Source: the human T2T-CHM13v2.0 reference genome, Homo sapiens
Length of the DNA stretch: 64,000 nt
Reading direction: 5' to 3' (one strand)
Assembly (NCBI RefSeq): GCF_009914755.1
Contig: NC_060928.1
Within the stretch, counting starts at the first letter, position 1, and each line of letters starts with the position of its first letter. Below are positions 16,066-29,300 of the stretch, in pieces. The notes under the pieces were generated by a model that saw only the letters and a program-made list of their open reading frames with translations, searched no databases and was not told the DNA's origin. Made by a program: the position numbers and the translations under genes.

Positions 16066-17251
16066 TACATAGTATATGCTTCCAATCAAGGTCAGAGAGG
16101 TAGTAGGCAAATTTCAAAGGGAGGACTGACTGCTTCATAATATTTGATGGATGGAGGGTGGAAGGAATGAGGAAGACTTTCTCTCAAGGCCACAGTTAAG
16201 GCCAGTGTGTTAGGAGCAGGTCCACAAATGTGCAGCCAGAGGCTCCATCTTGTGCTGTGGGAGGCAGGCACGGGAGCCACAATTAATTTCTTTTACCACC
16301 AAGCAGCAGGCATCAAGCCTCATTACCCTGATGAGTCCATGAGCCGGGGGATTTGTGTAATCTTGTTTTCCCTCCAGCCGGCCTCCCGGAACGCCATTGT
16401 GCTGGCACTGAAGCCTCAGTGACCCCACCGAATTGCCCGTGCCCGACGGAAGCCTTGCCTCACTAAGCACTGTCTGCTTTCATGAGAGCCCCACAGATCA
16501 CCCCTCTGTGCTCTGTCTGGTCAGGCATTTCCAACCCCTCTCAGCCTCCTCCATCCTCTACTCCTGGGTCAGGCAAAGTGGGATGAAGCCTTTCCACACC
16601 CTGAAATTGCCAAGATATATTCAAGCAAATTGTGAAACTCTCAAAGTTGCACAGGACTGAGAAGAAAAGGGAGACTTGTGTTCCATGAATGTTTCCTTAT
16701 GCCAGTGACTTGATACCCACTTAATATCCAGAATGTGGAGGCCCCTATCAGAGTGACTTCACAGACTACAGGGGATCACTTGGAATCCCAGAGGATGGAA
16801 CTGCAAAGGTCATGGAGAGGTTTTGTGTCATGTTGGAGTTGACTCCTGACTCCCTCTCTTCTTGGCTGGGAGACCTTAGACTATTTTCTTGTCTCTGTGA
16901 GTCTGTTTTCTCATCTGAAAGCTCTACCTCCCTGAAGGTAAGGAGGAAGAAATGAGACCATAGCTTGTAGGAGGAACTCAAAAAATATTGGTTCTCCTCC
17001 TTCTCATTTGTTCATGTGACAACTTGGAACTTACTAAATGCCAGGCCCGGTGACAGCAGTAAACTGGACAGTCACAGATGGCTCTTCCTTTCCCTGTTAT
17101 CTCATGGGAGTGGTGGACACCAAACAGTGAATTATACAAATCATTTACGAGCCACCAGTGTGAAAAGTGCTACAAGGCAGCATCCACAGGCGGATAAGAG
17201 AGCCAACCCAGAGGGCACCAATCTGATGGGGCCTGTCCTGTGGGAGGTCAG

Positions 17252-17308
<57 letters not shown>

Positions 17309-17328
17309 AATATCTATCTATCTGTCTA

Positions 17329-17359
<31 letters not shown>

Positions 17360-17417
17360 GTCTGTCTGTCTGTCATCTATCTATCTAATCTATCTATCAT
17401 CTACCTATCTGTCTATC

Positions 17418-17467
<50 letters not shown>

Positions 17468-17480
17468 CCCTGTCTATCTA
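17252..17480. repeat. Complex (TCTA)n/(TCTG)n STR
   Basis: (TCTA)14 at 17253-17308, then TCTG blocks, then (TCTA)11 at 17421-17464. Confidence 0.97.
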
Positions 17481-17481
17481 T

Positions 17482-17748
17482 TGACTCACTCTGTTGCCCA
17501 GGCAGGAGTGCAATGGCAGGACTGCAGCTCATGACCTCCTCAGGTCAAGTGATCCTCCCACCTCAGCCTCCTGATTAGCAGGGACTACAGGCAGGTGCCA
17601 CCACACTCAGCTAATTAAAAAAGAATTTTGTAGAGGCAGGGTCTTGCTCTGTTGCCTAGGCTGGTCTTGGACTCCTTGCCTTAAGTTACCATCCCACCTC
17701 AGCCTCTCAAAGTGCTAGGATTACAGGCATGATCCACTGCACCCGGCC
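17482..17748 (-). mobile_element. AluJ; its tail position is occupied by the STR
   Basis: Dimeric Alu ending CACTGCACCCGGCC; GAGGTCAG at 17244-17251 and 17750-17757 brackets STR plus Alu. Confidence 0.92.
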
Positions 17749-18009
17749 AGAGGTCAGTTTTAAACAGAGACTGATCTACTGATTTTGGAGAATTTGCCCC
17801 AGTGGGGTAGGGGAGCAGTCCACCAAAGAGAATGACCTGTGTGGTGCTGGAAGTGACAGAGCGTAGGTGTGATGCAGTGCAGTGGGGCAGAGGAGAGAAG
17901 GGTGTGAGAAAGAGCTGGGGAAGTGGGCAGGGATTCTGCAGCGCTTTCCCCACATGGCCTGCCTCCAAGCCTCAGGAAGCATTCTCAGGATAAAGCTCTG
18001 CTAACAAAT

Positions 18010-18330
18010 CACATCTTCCCAATAAAATCCATCACTGTTTATTTTTGATGGATTGTGTGGCTGGCAATATCTCCTTGGGCCTTTGGATGTTGATGTTTGC
18101 AAACTGTTCTTTCATTTCTCTGCAAGTCTGTGTTGTTAAAGCCAGATATTTCATGCCAAAAGCATAAATGTAATGTGTTCCTGGTGGACTCTGGCTCAGA
18201 GCAGGGGGATGAACTGATGAAGGTCTTCCCATCACAACACTGTGAGTCCTGGAATCACGTTCCCTCCCAAGCCAAAGGTCTGATGATGCTCAATGATGGA
18301 AAGCAATTTCTTCTAATGGGTGGGTCCCCA
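18010..18330. promoter_or_regulatory. Candidate enhancer (PBX-HOX, HOX13 and FOX motifs)
   Basis: Apparently repeat-free; CCAATAAAA, and an inverted TGATGGATT pair around TGTTTAT. Motif evidence only. Confidence 0.3.
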
Positions 18331-19099
18331 GTACTTTATGGAACTAATTCCATTGAGTTCCCCTCCACACAGGTGGAGCTGGGATGATCTCACCTTTCCA
18401 GATAAGGGAAGGTTAACTCACTCACTGAGGGACGTCTAGCTTGAGAGCTGGAGTAAGGATTCAAGCCCAGGTCTCCAACCCTGAGCTTTAAGCATGGCGC
18501 TCTGGACCAGGTCAGTCAAACAATGTGGGTGGTTAAGAGTTATGAGGGTCACTGGAGAGGCTGAGAAGTGTGTTTGGGTTTATTTCACACACAGGGAAAT
18601 TGTCAATGAAGTGTTTAATAGAGAAAGTGAATCAGCACTTTGGTCTCCCAAGCTCAGCCATCAACTCCTTAAGCACAGCCTTTAGGGCTGGGAAAGACAT
18701 AATATTACTTTAGTTTGAGCTTCTGTCTATTTGTTGATGAGGAAACAGACCCAGGGCAGTCAGGGAAACTGCCAGCTGCTATACAGCTAGTTGAGGGTGG
18801 AGCTGGGCTGGAGGGTAGGATTTCTATGTCCCATTGGGTGAGCTTCCCATCTCACCTCAACCACATCAAAATTGACCTTCCAGAGGCAGCCACTTCCCGC
18901 CTCCCACCCTTCCTTAGTGAAATATCTTCACAGATAATCCTGCCATTAGACACCTCATTAAATGACATTTCATCCCTGGGATTGGTGTTTAAGTAACATT
19001 TGATTTGAGGTTTCGAGCTCTAAATCCTTCATATGTCAAGAGGTATTTCACACTGAAACTTGAAACTAGGGGAAGGGTGGTAAATACAAAAGTAAGAGT

Positions 19100-19295
19100 C
19101 AGAATGAGGAATCTTAAAGCATAGGTCCAATTCAGACCCACCAGTTGTATGAAGTTGGGTGAGCCATTAAATCATGGAAGCATTTTGTACTCATCTACAA
19201 ATTAGGGATAAAAATAGTTTCCTTCCTCTTGACCTCACATGGTAGCCATGGCAATTAAATCCATACATGTATACAGTAGGTGAGCAATAATTGCA
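19100..19295 (+). mobile_element. MIR SINE
   Basis: CTCATCTACAAATTAGGGATAAAATAG...ACCTCACATGGT...ACAGTAGGTGAGCAATAA. Confidence 0.6.
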
Positions 19296-19382
19296 GTCCT
19301 AATGTGAAGAGCGATTTTTCTAAAGCATTAGTATGAGCAAGTTCTATCTTTTATTCAAATTCTGCGGTGGTTTTCTTGTGTC

Positions 19383-19890
19383 TTCATTCATTCATTCACT
19401 TATTCAACATTTACTGAGCATCTAGTATGTGCCAGGCACTGTTTTAGATACCAGGGACAAAGGAACAAAACAAAGTATCTGTTTTGAACTTACAATATAA
19501 CAGAGAAAACAGACAACAAGCAAGATGAATAAACAAAAATGGAATAAGTAAAACAAATAGTAGAGTCCTGGAGTGATTGGGGAACACAGGATGCCCTTGA
19601 GTCTAGAGTGAGAGAAAGAGTGGGACTATAAAAAATGAGGACTGAAAGACAGTGAGGGGTTGGGGGATGCAAAGTCTCATGGCTTTTACTCTGCATTAGA
19701 TGGAAAAGTCTTCGGAAGATTTTGAGCAGAGGAGAGACATGATCAGATTATATTTTAACAGAATCACTCTGATTGCCAAAGTGAACACACTGCAGTGACA
19801 ACAAGGGCAAAAGCAGTCATCCCAGGTAGAGGAGATGGTGGCTGGGACCAGGTGTTGTTAGGAAAGTGGCGAGAAACAGTAGGATATGAT
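19383..19890 (-). mobile_element. L2a 3' region
   Basis: TTCATTCATTCATTCAC...ATTTACTGAGCATCTAGTATGTGCCAGGCACTG...GATTTTGAGCAGAGGAGAGACATGATCAGATT. Confidence 0.85.
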
Positions 19891-20228
19891 AGTTCTGTTA
19901 TTTGCACTTGGTTGCGTCTGTTAGCTTGCTGCCACTGTTTTGTGACTGTGGTGTGTGAGCTTATCTTCAGCGGACATACCTTGCAGCTAAGGTTGAGGGA
20001 TACATCTCCAAGGAAATTTTGCATATGCTTCTTCTGGGCATCTCAGACACTCATCCTCATCAACACTGGGCTACTACCTTAATTTCGAAAACAGTCAACA
20101 AATATTGATTCATGAGATGAGCCTGGCCTTTTAGGTAAATTTCTCTGCTTCAAGTTTCATCAGCTACATGGGGAGTATCAATGCTAATAGTAAATATGAA
20201 TGCAGACAAGCTATGGGTGTGAAATCTT

Positions 20229-21208
<980 letters not shown>

Positions 21209-21699
21209 AAATTCTTAAAGGATGACACAGTTGAGAGAGACCAGCTTGTTGGGCAGCTGCTGGGGCCAGTGGGAGGGTTTTTCTAACCCACTCTTCTCCA
21301 GGGTTATAATCTGTTGAGGGTCCCTGCTTTATGGTGATGTCCTCAATTCTAACTCCCCATCATGCATGGGCCTCAGGTCTTGTCTCCTGACCTCAGCTGG
21401 CCCATGAACACCCCAGCCTTTAAGTTACCAAAGCCTACCCTCTAATCCCTGCCCCAGAGAAACCACAGGTAAGCTCACGTGGATTGCTCTGGTGGTCAGT
21501 TCCTGCCACTCCTTTGTGCCCTGCAAGTTTCCTTTATTTGACTTGATGAACTTAACTCTGCATTTAACTAAGTTTTGCAGTTTTTCTTAAGCAAGTAGCA
21601 GGAGGGTTTTCAGGTTATCTGGTCCATCCACTATGCTGCTAGAAAGCCACTTGATTCCCTGTGTCATCATCAGTGTCTCTTGACAGGATTAATTTAAGG

Positions 21700-21860
21700 T
21701 CTATCAGCATCAGACTCACCTTGGGAATGTGTAGTTAATAAAATACATATTCTCTGGTTTCACCCCAGGACTCTCAAATCACACTTTTGGGAATCTGGAA
21801 CTTGCATTTTAACAAATGCCCACAGTGATTCTGATGCACACATAAGTGTGTGAGCCACTG
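21700..21860. mobile_element. MER5-family hAT-Charlie MITE
   Basis: CAGCATCAGACTCACCT...TGCATTTTAACAAATGCCCACAGTGATTCTGATGCACAC...GAGCCACTG. Confidence 0.75.
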
Positions 21861-22155
21861 TGCGTCTGGAGATTCAAGCTCCTGAATTAACCCAACACAC
21901 ATTTACGAAACACCTTCTATGCCCGCGGCACCACTCAGTCTTCATGGGATGCAGACATGAGTAAGATTATTTGTTTCTTTGAAGGGCTTTATAGCATAGG
22001 TCAGGGGCCGGCAAAGTTTTTCCGTAAAGGGACAGATAACAAATATTGGAGGCTTTGCAGGTCACGTAGCTTTCTTCACAAAAGCTGCAACAGGCACTAT
22101 GTAAACAAATAGGTGTGGCTGCGTACCCAAAATTTTATTTAAGAAACAGGTGGTA

Positions 22156-22568
<413 letters not shown>

Positions 22569-23028
22569 TCACCTGTGGTTTGCCCACCCCTGTGAAGCTA
22601 AAAGAAACATGCCAGAGAAAGGATTCTAACGCAAGCAGTTGCTAGGGTGGAGGTGTGCGAGGGATTTCAGAACCAGAGAAGAAGGAGTCTGAACCTGCTG
22701 GGGCTGTCAGCAAGCCTTCCCACGTGAGCTCCCACTGGAGATGAGCCCCGAGGGGACATCCATCACTGGACGTTTAGGTGTTTCCATTTCTTGCTCTTAT
22801 AAACAGTCAGAACAAACCACCTTCCACTTTGTAGGCTGGTCTGATTCTTCCCTTAGCCTGAAGGCACAAAAGGCTTTGGTAGCGCATTTGCAGGGTGCCT
22901 TCTAGAAAGCTCATACCACCTTCACACCCTCCAGGAGCATACACTTTGGCCCTCCGCCATCATCAACACTAGGCTACTAATTTAATTTCTAAAACTAATA
23001 ACAAATATCAATTCATGGAAAGAATCAG

Positions 23029-23386
23029 TGATATGTTTTGACCATGTCCCTACACAAATCTCATCCTGAATTGTAACTCCCACAATTCCCACATGTTGTG
23101 GGAGGGACCTGGTGGGAGGCAATTGAATCACGGCAGCTGGTCTTTCCCGTGCTATTCTCATGATAGTGAATAAGTCTCATGAGATCTGATGGTTTTATAA
23201 AGGGGAGTTCCCCTGCACAAGCTCTCTTCTCTCGTCTGCCACCATGTGAGACGTGACTTTCACCTTCTGCCATGATTGTGAGGCCTCCTCAGCCATGTGG
23301 AACTGTGAGTTTATTAAACCTCTTTCTTTTGTAAATTGCCCAATCTCAGGTATGTCTTTATCAAGAGGGTTAAAACAACTAATACA
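23029..23386 (+). mobile_element. THE1 (B-like) solo LTR
   Basis: TGATATG...CAAATCTCATCCTGAATTGTAACTCCCACAATTCCC...ATTAAACC...CTAATACA; 5-bp TSD ATCAG / ATTAG. Confidence 0.92.
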
Positions 23387-24377
23387 ATTAGTCTGATCTT
23401 TAATCACAAAACTAAGAACGTAGACTGGACAACTTTGCTTGCCTTATTTCCCTGAGATATTCCAGTTTTTATTTCTTCATATTGGGCAATGAAGACTGTA
23501 CATTTTTGGTAGCTTGAAGGGTTTTCCTGGGTTTGGGTGTGACTCCTCGGAGTGTGACCTAGCAGGAAGGTCAACATCCAATCTCTCCTTTGCTGTGTGA
23601 GCGGTGCAGTCCGCCAAGGCCACTCCACTCAGCAATCAGCCTTTTCCACTGTGGCTAAACGCGCATCCACATCAGTAGAGAGGAGGCCCTGAGGAGCATG
23701 TTTGATCTTAGTGGAAAGCTGGCCCAGGCTGGCATTTTGACATTTGGAAACAGTGAATACAATTACCCATCTGCAGACCAAAAGGGATTTTTTTTCCCCT
23801 TGAAGGGAATTGAAGGTATTTTGCCCTGTGGTAGTTTCTCTCTTAAGAGGTCCCTTCTGACTTGAGTAGTGTGGAGAATCTTCTTCCAGATTTAATTCAG
23901 AAGAGTGTGCTCCAGGAAGAGAGGACAGGCTAGTGCCCGAAGCTCCATCTTCCTCTGGAGTTGACCTTTTAATGAGAGAAGGGTGGAAGGCAGACCAGCG
24001 AGAGGCACACACCCTTTACTGCTGGCTCTCTGCTGTTGCAGACATCGTTTCCTCTGTCTCTAACCTCAGCCCTTGAAGAACGTGTGGTTATTTCATCATC
24101 AGCAAATGGGGCGAATGAGGTCAGACTTCATGTGATTGTCCGAGGTTCCACAGCCAGCCATGCAGGGCTTGGACAGGAAGTCGAGTTTCTTGCCTTCAAA
24201 TTCAATTCTTTTCCCACTTGTTGTGTTTCTCAAAATTTATATGCTGTAGTCCTAACTTCCAGTACCTCAGAATGTGATCTTATTTGGAAATAGGTTCATA
24301 GCAGATGTAATTATTAATAATTAAGATCAGGTCATACCAGAGTAGTGTGGGCTCTAAATACAATGACTGGTGTTCTT

Positions 24378-24503
24378 CTTCTTATTATTTTTTAGAGATA
24401 GAGTCTTGCTTTGTTGCCCAGGCTGGAGTGTGGTGGCATAATTACAGTTCACTGCAGCCTCAAACTTCTGGGCTCGAGCAATACTCCTGCCTCAGCCTCC
24501 TGA
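24378..24503 (-). mobile_element. 5'-truncated AluJ/FRAM right arm
   Basis: GAGATAGAGTCTTGCTTTGTTGCCCAGGCTGGAG; TSD GACTGGTGTTCTT / GATTGGTGTCCTT. Confidence 0.88.
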
Positions 24504-24533
24504 GATTGGTGTCCTTATTTTTTCAAAAAGCCA

Positions 24534-24660
24534 AGCTGGGCACAATGATGGGTACCTGTGGTCTCAGCTACTTAGGAGGCTGAGGTGGGAGGATCACTTC
24601 ACTGAAACCCAGGAGTTTGAGACCAGCTTGGGTAACACAGCAAGACTCTACCTAATAAAA
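24534..24660 (+). mobile_element. FLAM-type Alu monomer
   Basis: CAGCTACTTAGGAGGCTGAGGTGGGAGGATCAC...GAGACCAGCTTGGGTAACAC; TSD AAAAGCCA. Confidence 0.85.
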
Positions 24661-25041
24661 GCCACATGGAGAGACAGAGACACATACAGAAAGAAGACAA
24701 TGTAAAGACACAGGGAGAAGATGGATGGTCATTTAGAAGCCAAGGAACTCCTGAAGCTACCAGGAGCTGAAGAGAGGCGTGGAGTGGATCCTCCCTCACA
24801 GCCTCCAGAAGGAACCAACCCTCCCAACACCTTGCTTTTCAACTCTTAGCCTCCAGAGCTATGAGACAATAAATTGCCACTGTTTAAGCCACCTGGTCTA
24901 TGGTTCTTTGTTACAGCAGCCCAAGAAATCAATCTACCACTCGTCATGGTAAACACATTGTAGTTTTTAAGACAATACAATTTATTGAGTGTGTGGCAAT
25001 AGAATTTATGGAGACTTGTGTTGTCTCTCTGTCCCAAACAT

Positions 25042-25522
25042 TGTAGAGCAGAGATGGCTAACTGCTCTCCAGTACACATGCTCCTTCCTTTTATTAAGAG
25101 AAACAGCCTCCCTGATTTTAATAGCCAGAAAACATGTTTCCTGGCTTGCCTTGCAGGAAGATATGGCCATGAGACTATGTTCTCACCAGTGGAATATGAG
25201 TGGAAATGTCGTGTGCCAATTTCAGCGACATTTTCCTAAATGAAAATTGTTTGCCTTCCAATTTATCTCTCTTTCCCCTGGTTGCAGCCTGGAATGTAAT
25301 CATGGATAGCCATGGATGATCAGCTTTCATCATGTGGGCATGGAACAAGATGGAAGGAAGCTGGGGCCCTGAGTGACCTGTGGAGCAGAGGCCTTTGCCC
25401 ACCCTGGGCTGCCTGATTTCCCCTGGACTATCATGAGACAGAAGAAAAAGCTTCTATCTTATTTGAACCACTGTGTTTTGGGAACCTTGGACTAGAGCAG
25501 CCTAGCCTTCATACACTAACAA
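25042..25522 (+). mobile_element. MLT1J-like LTR
   Basis: TTTCCTGGCTTGCCTTGCAG...TATGGCCATGAGACTATGTTCT...AAGATGGAAGGAAGCTGGGGCCCTGA. Confidence 0.75.
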
Positions 25523-25944
25523 GGTGTATGTGTCTGCTCTTTGTTGCTTTTGTAGATGGTTGTGTTATAAGCCTGAATGCAGAAGTTGTTCCCCAGACTA
25601 CTGGATTTGCTGCCTTTTAAAACAGGTTTATTGAACTATAATTGACATACAATGAACTGCATATAGGTAAAGTGTACAATTTGATAAGTACACTTTTTGA
25701 GCAAATCCACCCTTTGTTCTGGAAGAAGACACTCTATAGTCTCAGGCTGTTTCTTTACCAACATCAACAAGCTAGTCTTAAACAGAGGAACCTCAGTGCC
25801 TCACTTTCAAGACAATCAAGATTATTTCCCAACATTCCACTAGTAGAGGGTCAGAAACAGAGTTAAAAGTTCTCAGACTAGAGGTAGAATTGAAACCCCA
25901 GCTGAGAAGTATCAAGGTGCCCTCCTTCCCCAAAGCTACATATT

Positions 25945-26385
25945 CTTGTGTCAGGATCTTACCAGGAAATGGAAGGCACATTTACACAGGGCAGCCCAAG
26001 AGACTGTTTCAAAGGAAACCAGCAAGATGTGACAAAGCACCCCAAGACTAGCGACACTGGGAGACCTTCTCACTTGACTTAAAAGGCTGGGGCAGGAGAG
26101 TTACAGGACCCAGTATTAGCTGTAGCCAAAGCCTGGGCAGGGCCACCTAACATGAGCTGCACCCTTCTGTAGAGCAGCACAGACCTTGTGCATCTGAGGC
26201 CCAGCAGGATGGGGCCTTGCTCATCCTTCCCTTGCAGTTCTTGCTAATGCTTCCTGTTGCCTGAACCCAGCTGGAAGCCAGAGGGCAAGGGAAATCAATT
26301 GAGACAGATAATGGAGGTAATCCCCTGGGCACAGGGCAGCATGGCAGAGGTAAGGAGTCTGTCTAGAGCCACAAAGGAAGAGGAC
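25945..26385. mobile_element. Old ERVL-type LTR (LTR41-like; family uncertain)
   Basis: TGAACCCAGCTGGAAGCCAGAGGGCAAGGGA...GGGCACAGGGCAG motif string. Confidence 0.5.
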
Positions 26386-26905
26386 TGAGTCCAGAGGTGA
26401 AAGCAGTCACGTATCCCCAAAGACACCTGCTACACATTTGGGCTTTGATTTATCAATGAGAAGGCTTGAGGGACAGTGGGAAAAATGATGAGGAGTCATT
26501 AGGTCCTTGTGGAAATGGTGCCCTTGAAGGATGAGCCTGTAATCACTAGGTACACGTGGGTGGATGAATGCTGGTGAAACAGGTGGAGGGAATGAAAGGA
26601 CAGAGGCAGCACGAGAACACTGTAAGCAGAGCAGAAGTCCATGCAAAAGCCAGAGATGTGAGACAGCACGGGTACATATAGGGACCCGCAGGTGGTCTGG
26701 AGTGGCTTTGCTGTGGGTTGTGATGAGATATCCACTGTGTTGGAGCTCTGGAACAAAAAGGAGGTCATCTAAGCTGGTTGCTTCTGTTTTTTTCTTTTCT
26801 TTTTTTTCCGGATGCATTTCAATTAGGTGAGGGGTACCAGGCAGAAACCCCTCCTGAATATAAACCCTCTGTCTTATTGTACCAGTTAAAGATGAACGAT
26901 GGCTC

Positions 26906-27030
26906 ACTTCCTATTGGGTACTAAGTTCATTATTTGGGTGACAGGATCAATAGAAGCCCAAACCTCAGCATCATGCAATATACCCATGTGACAAACCTGT
27001 ATCCCCTAAATCTAAAATAATAATAAAAAA
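26906..27030 (+). mobile_element. Very short L1 (PB4-like) 3' end insertion
   Basis: CCTATTGGGTAC...AGAAGCCCAAACCTCAGCATCATGCAATATACCCATG plus A-tail; 18-bp TSD AAAGATGAACGATGGCTC / AAAGATGTACCATAGCTC. Confidence 0.88.
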
Positions 27031-28199
27031 AGATGTACCATAGCTCTTAATTGCTCTTCAAATCACCCACACCATTAGAGAAAGCTATTTCCACCCCAAT
27101 CTGAATTAAAGAATTCTACAATCTCCTACAGTCCGAAAGAGAGACTTCAGCTAAAGAGAAAGCTGGTGCTCCTCTTGCTAGCTGAGTGAATTCTGATCCT
27201 CTTTTTCATTTTTATTTTCTTGCTTGAACTCTGCTTTGTTAAATCAAACACCAGCCCAAAACTGAGCCCATGGATCACCATATTGGCAGCCTTATCCTAG
27301 AATCTCAGGGCTGGAAAGAACTCCGAGTACAGCATTCTCCAGTGTTGGGTGTCAACAGGAGCAGAGTTGGTCTCTTTCGAGAGCTTCCTGGAGAGTCTAT
27401 AAAAGCCTGGCTTTTGAACTCTTATATTTGGAGGCTGAGATTCAGAAGGCCTGGGGTGGGGCTTGAGAATATAAATTCTTTAAAAAAATTTTTTTCTTTT
27501 CCTTAGATAAATCTTAGAAACCAAAGGGAATTGAATTCTTAAGAGGACTTGAAAATGATTCTAATATAGTCGGGTTAGGGGAAATCTGGTCTTGAGCTTT
27601 TTCTTGGGAGATGTGGTGAGTCCAAGGCAAGCCAGGCTTCAATTCTGAATCTACACTCTTCCCACACATCTATGTGGCCTCTGTGCCGAGTCTGAGTTTT
27701 ATGTTTTACAAAGAAAACTAGGAGAAAAACTGTTATTCTTCTGATTAACAGAAAAGTTGTCCAACTGGCTACACTTGAATTATATCCCCTGATTATTAAA
27801 CTCAGGCTTCTTTAGTTTTCATTTATTTTATTTCATTGCATGGAGATGTTTTAAAAGAGGAAGGCAAGGGGTGTGGGGGAAGGATTCTGGGATAGCGACC
27901 ATTCTCACCACATGCAGAAGGCCAATACTGCTTCCAGAAGGAGACACAAGGAATCCTTCACTGAGTGAAAGTTTTTTTTCTTCCAGAGAATATCAGTATT
28001 CCTACTTTATAACAAGCCAGGAGCTTTTTCTGCTTCCTGATTTAAAAATTGATTCCTGACTGCATAGTTCTCACACAATAGCTTCCTTCTTGCAGGGGCA
28101 GTGTGATTGCCTGGAATATAAATTCTTAGTGGGTTGACCAGGGATCACGAGCAGTTATTATGTTCTCTGCTGCTCTTAACATGTTGTGATTCTCAATAA

Positions 28200-28760
28200 A
28201 TAATCCAGAGCCAAAGCATGGTGTTTTGTTTTGCTTTGTCTCAGTGAGTTTTCCAAACTGTATTTACTATCTCAAAGTGAGAGCATCGCAGTTTTCTGAG
28301 CCAACTGCAGCAATTTTCCAGATCTGGAGAGTATTTTTGAAGATTATTTCTTTGGAGATTTTCTCTCTTATTTGGTTTGTTTCCTCTTTGATAATTTTTA
28401 TTATTCATATGTTGAATTTTTTGAGCAGAGCTTTAATTTTCTTATCTTTTCTCCTCCTTTTTTCCATTTTTTTCTTTGCCACTTTTCTCCCCCTTCTGGG
28501 ATATTTTCTCAAATTTTTTCTTCTAAACTTTTATCTTTTCTGTGATTATAATTTTAAATTCCAAAATACCTTTTTTTGGAGAGGGGAGTGGAGGGAAGTG
28601 TTCTCTGACTGTTCCTTTTATATAGTAGCCTGTTCTTATTTCATGGATGTAATATCTTTCCTCTTTCTTTTATAGTCTGTTTTCCCCAAGTTACTTTTTT
28701 CCCTTGTTTGTTTATTTGTGTCTCTGTATTTCATCTCGGAGCATTCCTTAGGTGTTTGGT
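28200..28760 (-). mobile_element. Old L1M fragment
   Basis: T-rich stretch typical of antisense L1M (TTCTCTGACTGTTCCTTTTATATAGTAGCCTGTTCTTATTTCATGGATGTAATATCTT); explains the F/L-rich ORF. Confidence 0.6.
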
Positions 28761-29074
28761 GATTTCCTCCTTCTCCCTCTCTCTGCTCCCTGCATTGTTA
28801 TAATTATCTCTGAGCTGACCTCCCAACTTAGGTCTTTCTCATTTTCTAGTAAACTTGGCATAATCCTGTGAAACCCATCTTTTTTAAGCCCCCAATTCAA
28901 CATGTGATTCTGTTGGTGAAAAGCCTTCCATGGCTCCATATTTCCCACTTCATCAGAACTTAACTTTGCCATTTTTGACATTTTCAGTCTCTGACCCCAC
29001 TCAGGCTAGGCACCATACCTCTTGCCTCAGAATGTGGATACTCTTGTGTGTTCAGAGTTGGAGATTAGGAAATA

Positions 29075-29300
29075 ATACTATTAAAAGTAATAGCAATCGA
29101 TGATAAAGCCTTCATATGCTTTATTCACAGACATTACTGACTTCTCCTGTTAGCTCTGTCGTGCTTACATCATGATGCCCATTTTTCAGGTAAAGAAATA
29201 GTGGCTCAAACAAGGTGAGTGGCCAAAGATAACATAGCTCATATGTAGCAAAGCAGGGACTTTGATCTGGGTCTCAGCACTTTGTCCACCATGGTGTCCA
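29075..29300 (-). mobile_element. MIR SINE
   Basis: GCCCATTTTTCAGGTAAAGAAATAGTGGCTC...GGCCAAAGATAACATAGCT. Confidence 0.7.

Larger units (their letters stand above)
24219..24937 (+). mobile_element. MLT1B/C LTR interrupted by two Alu pieces
   Basis: AGTACCTCAGAATGTGATCTTATTTGGAAATAGG...CAGAAGGAACCAACCCT...TTTGTTACAGCAGCCC. Confidence 0.85.

Noticed and set aside
28226-28675. 149-aa hydrophobic ORF resembling a membrane protein
   Set aside because: T-rich antisense L1-like sequence produces the F/L/I bias.
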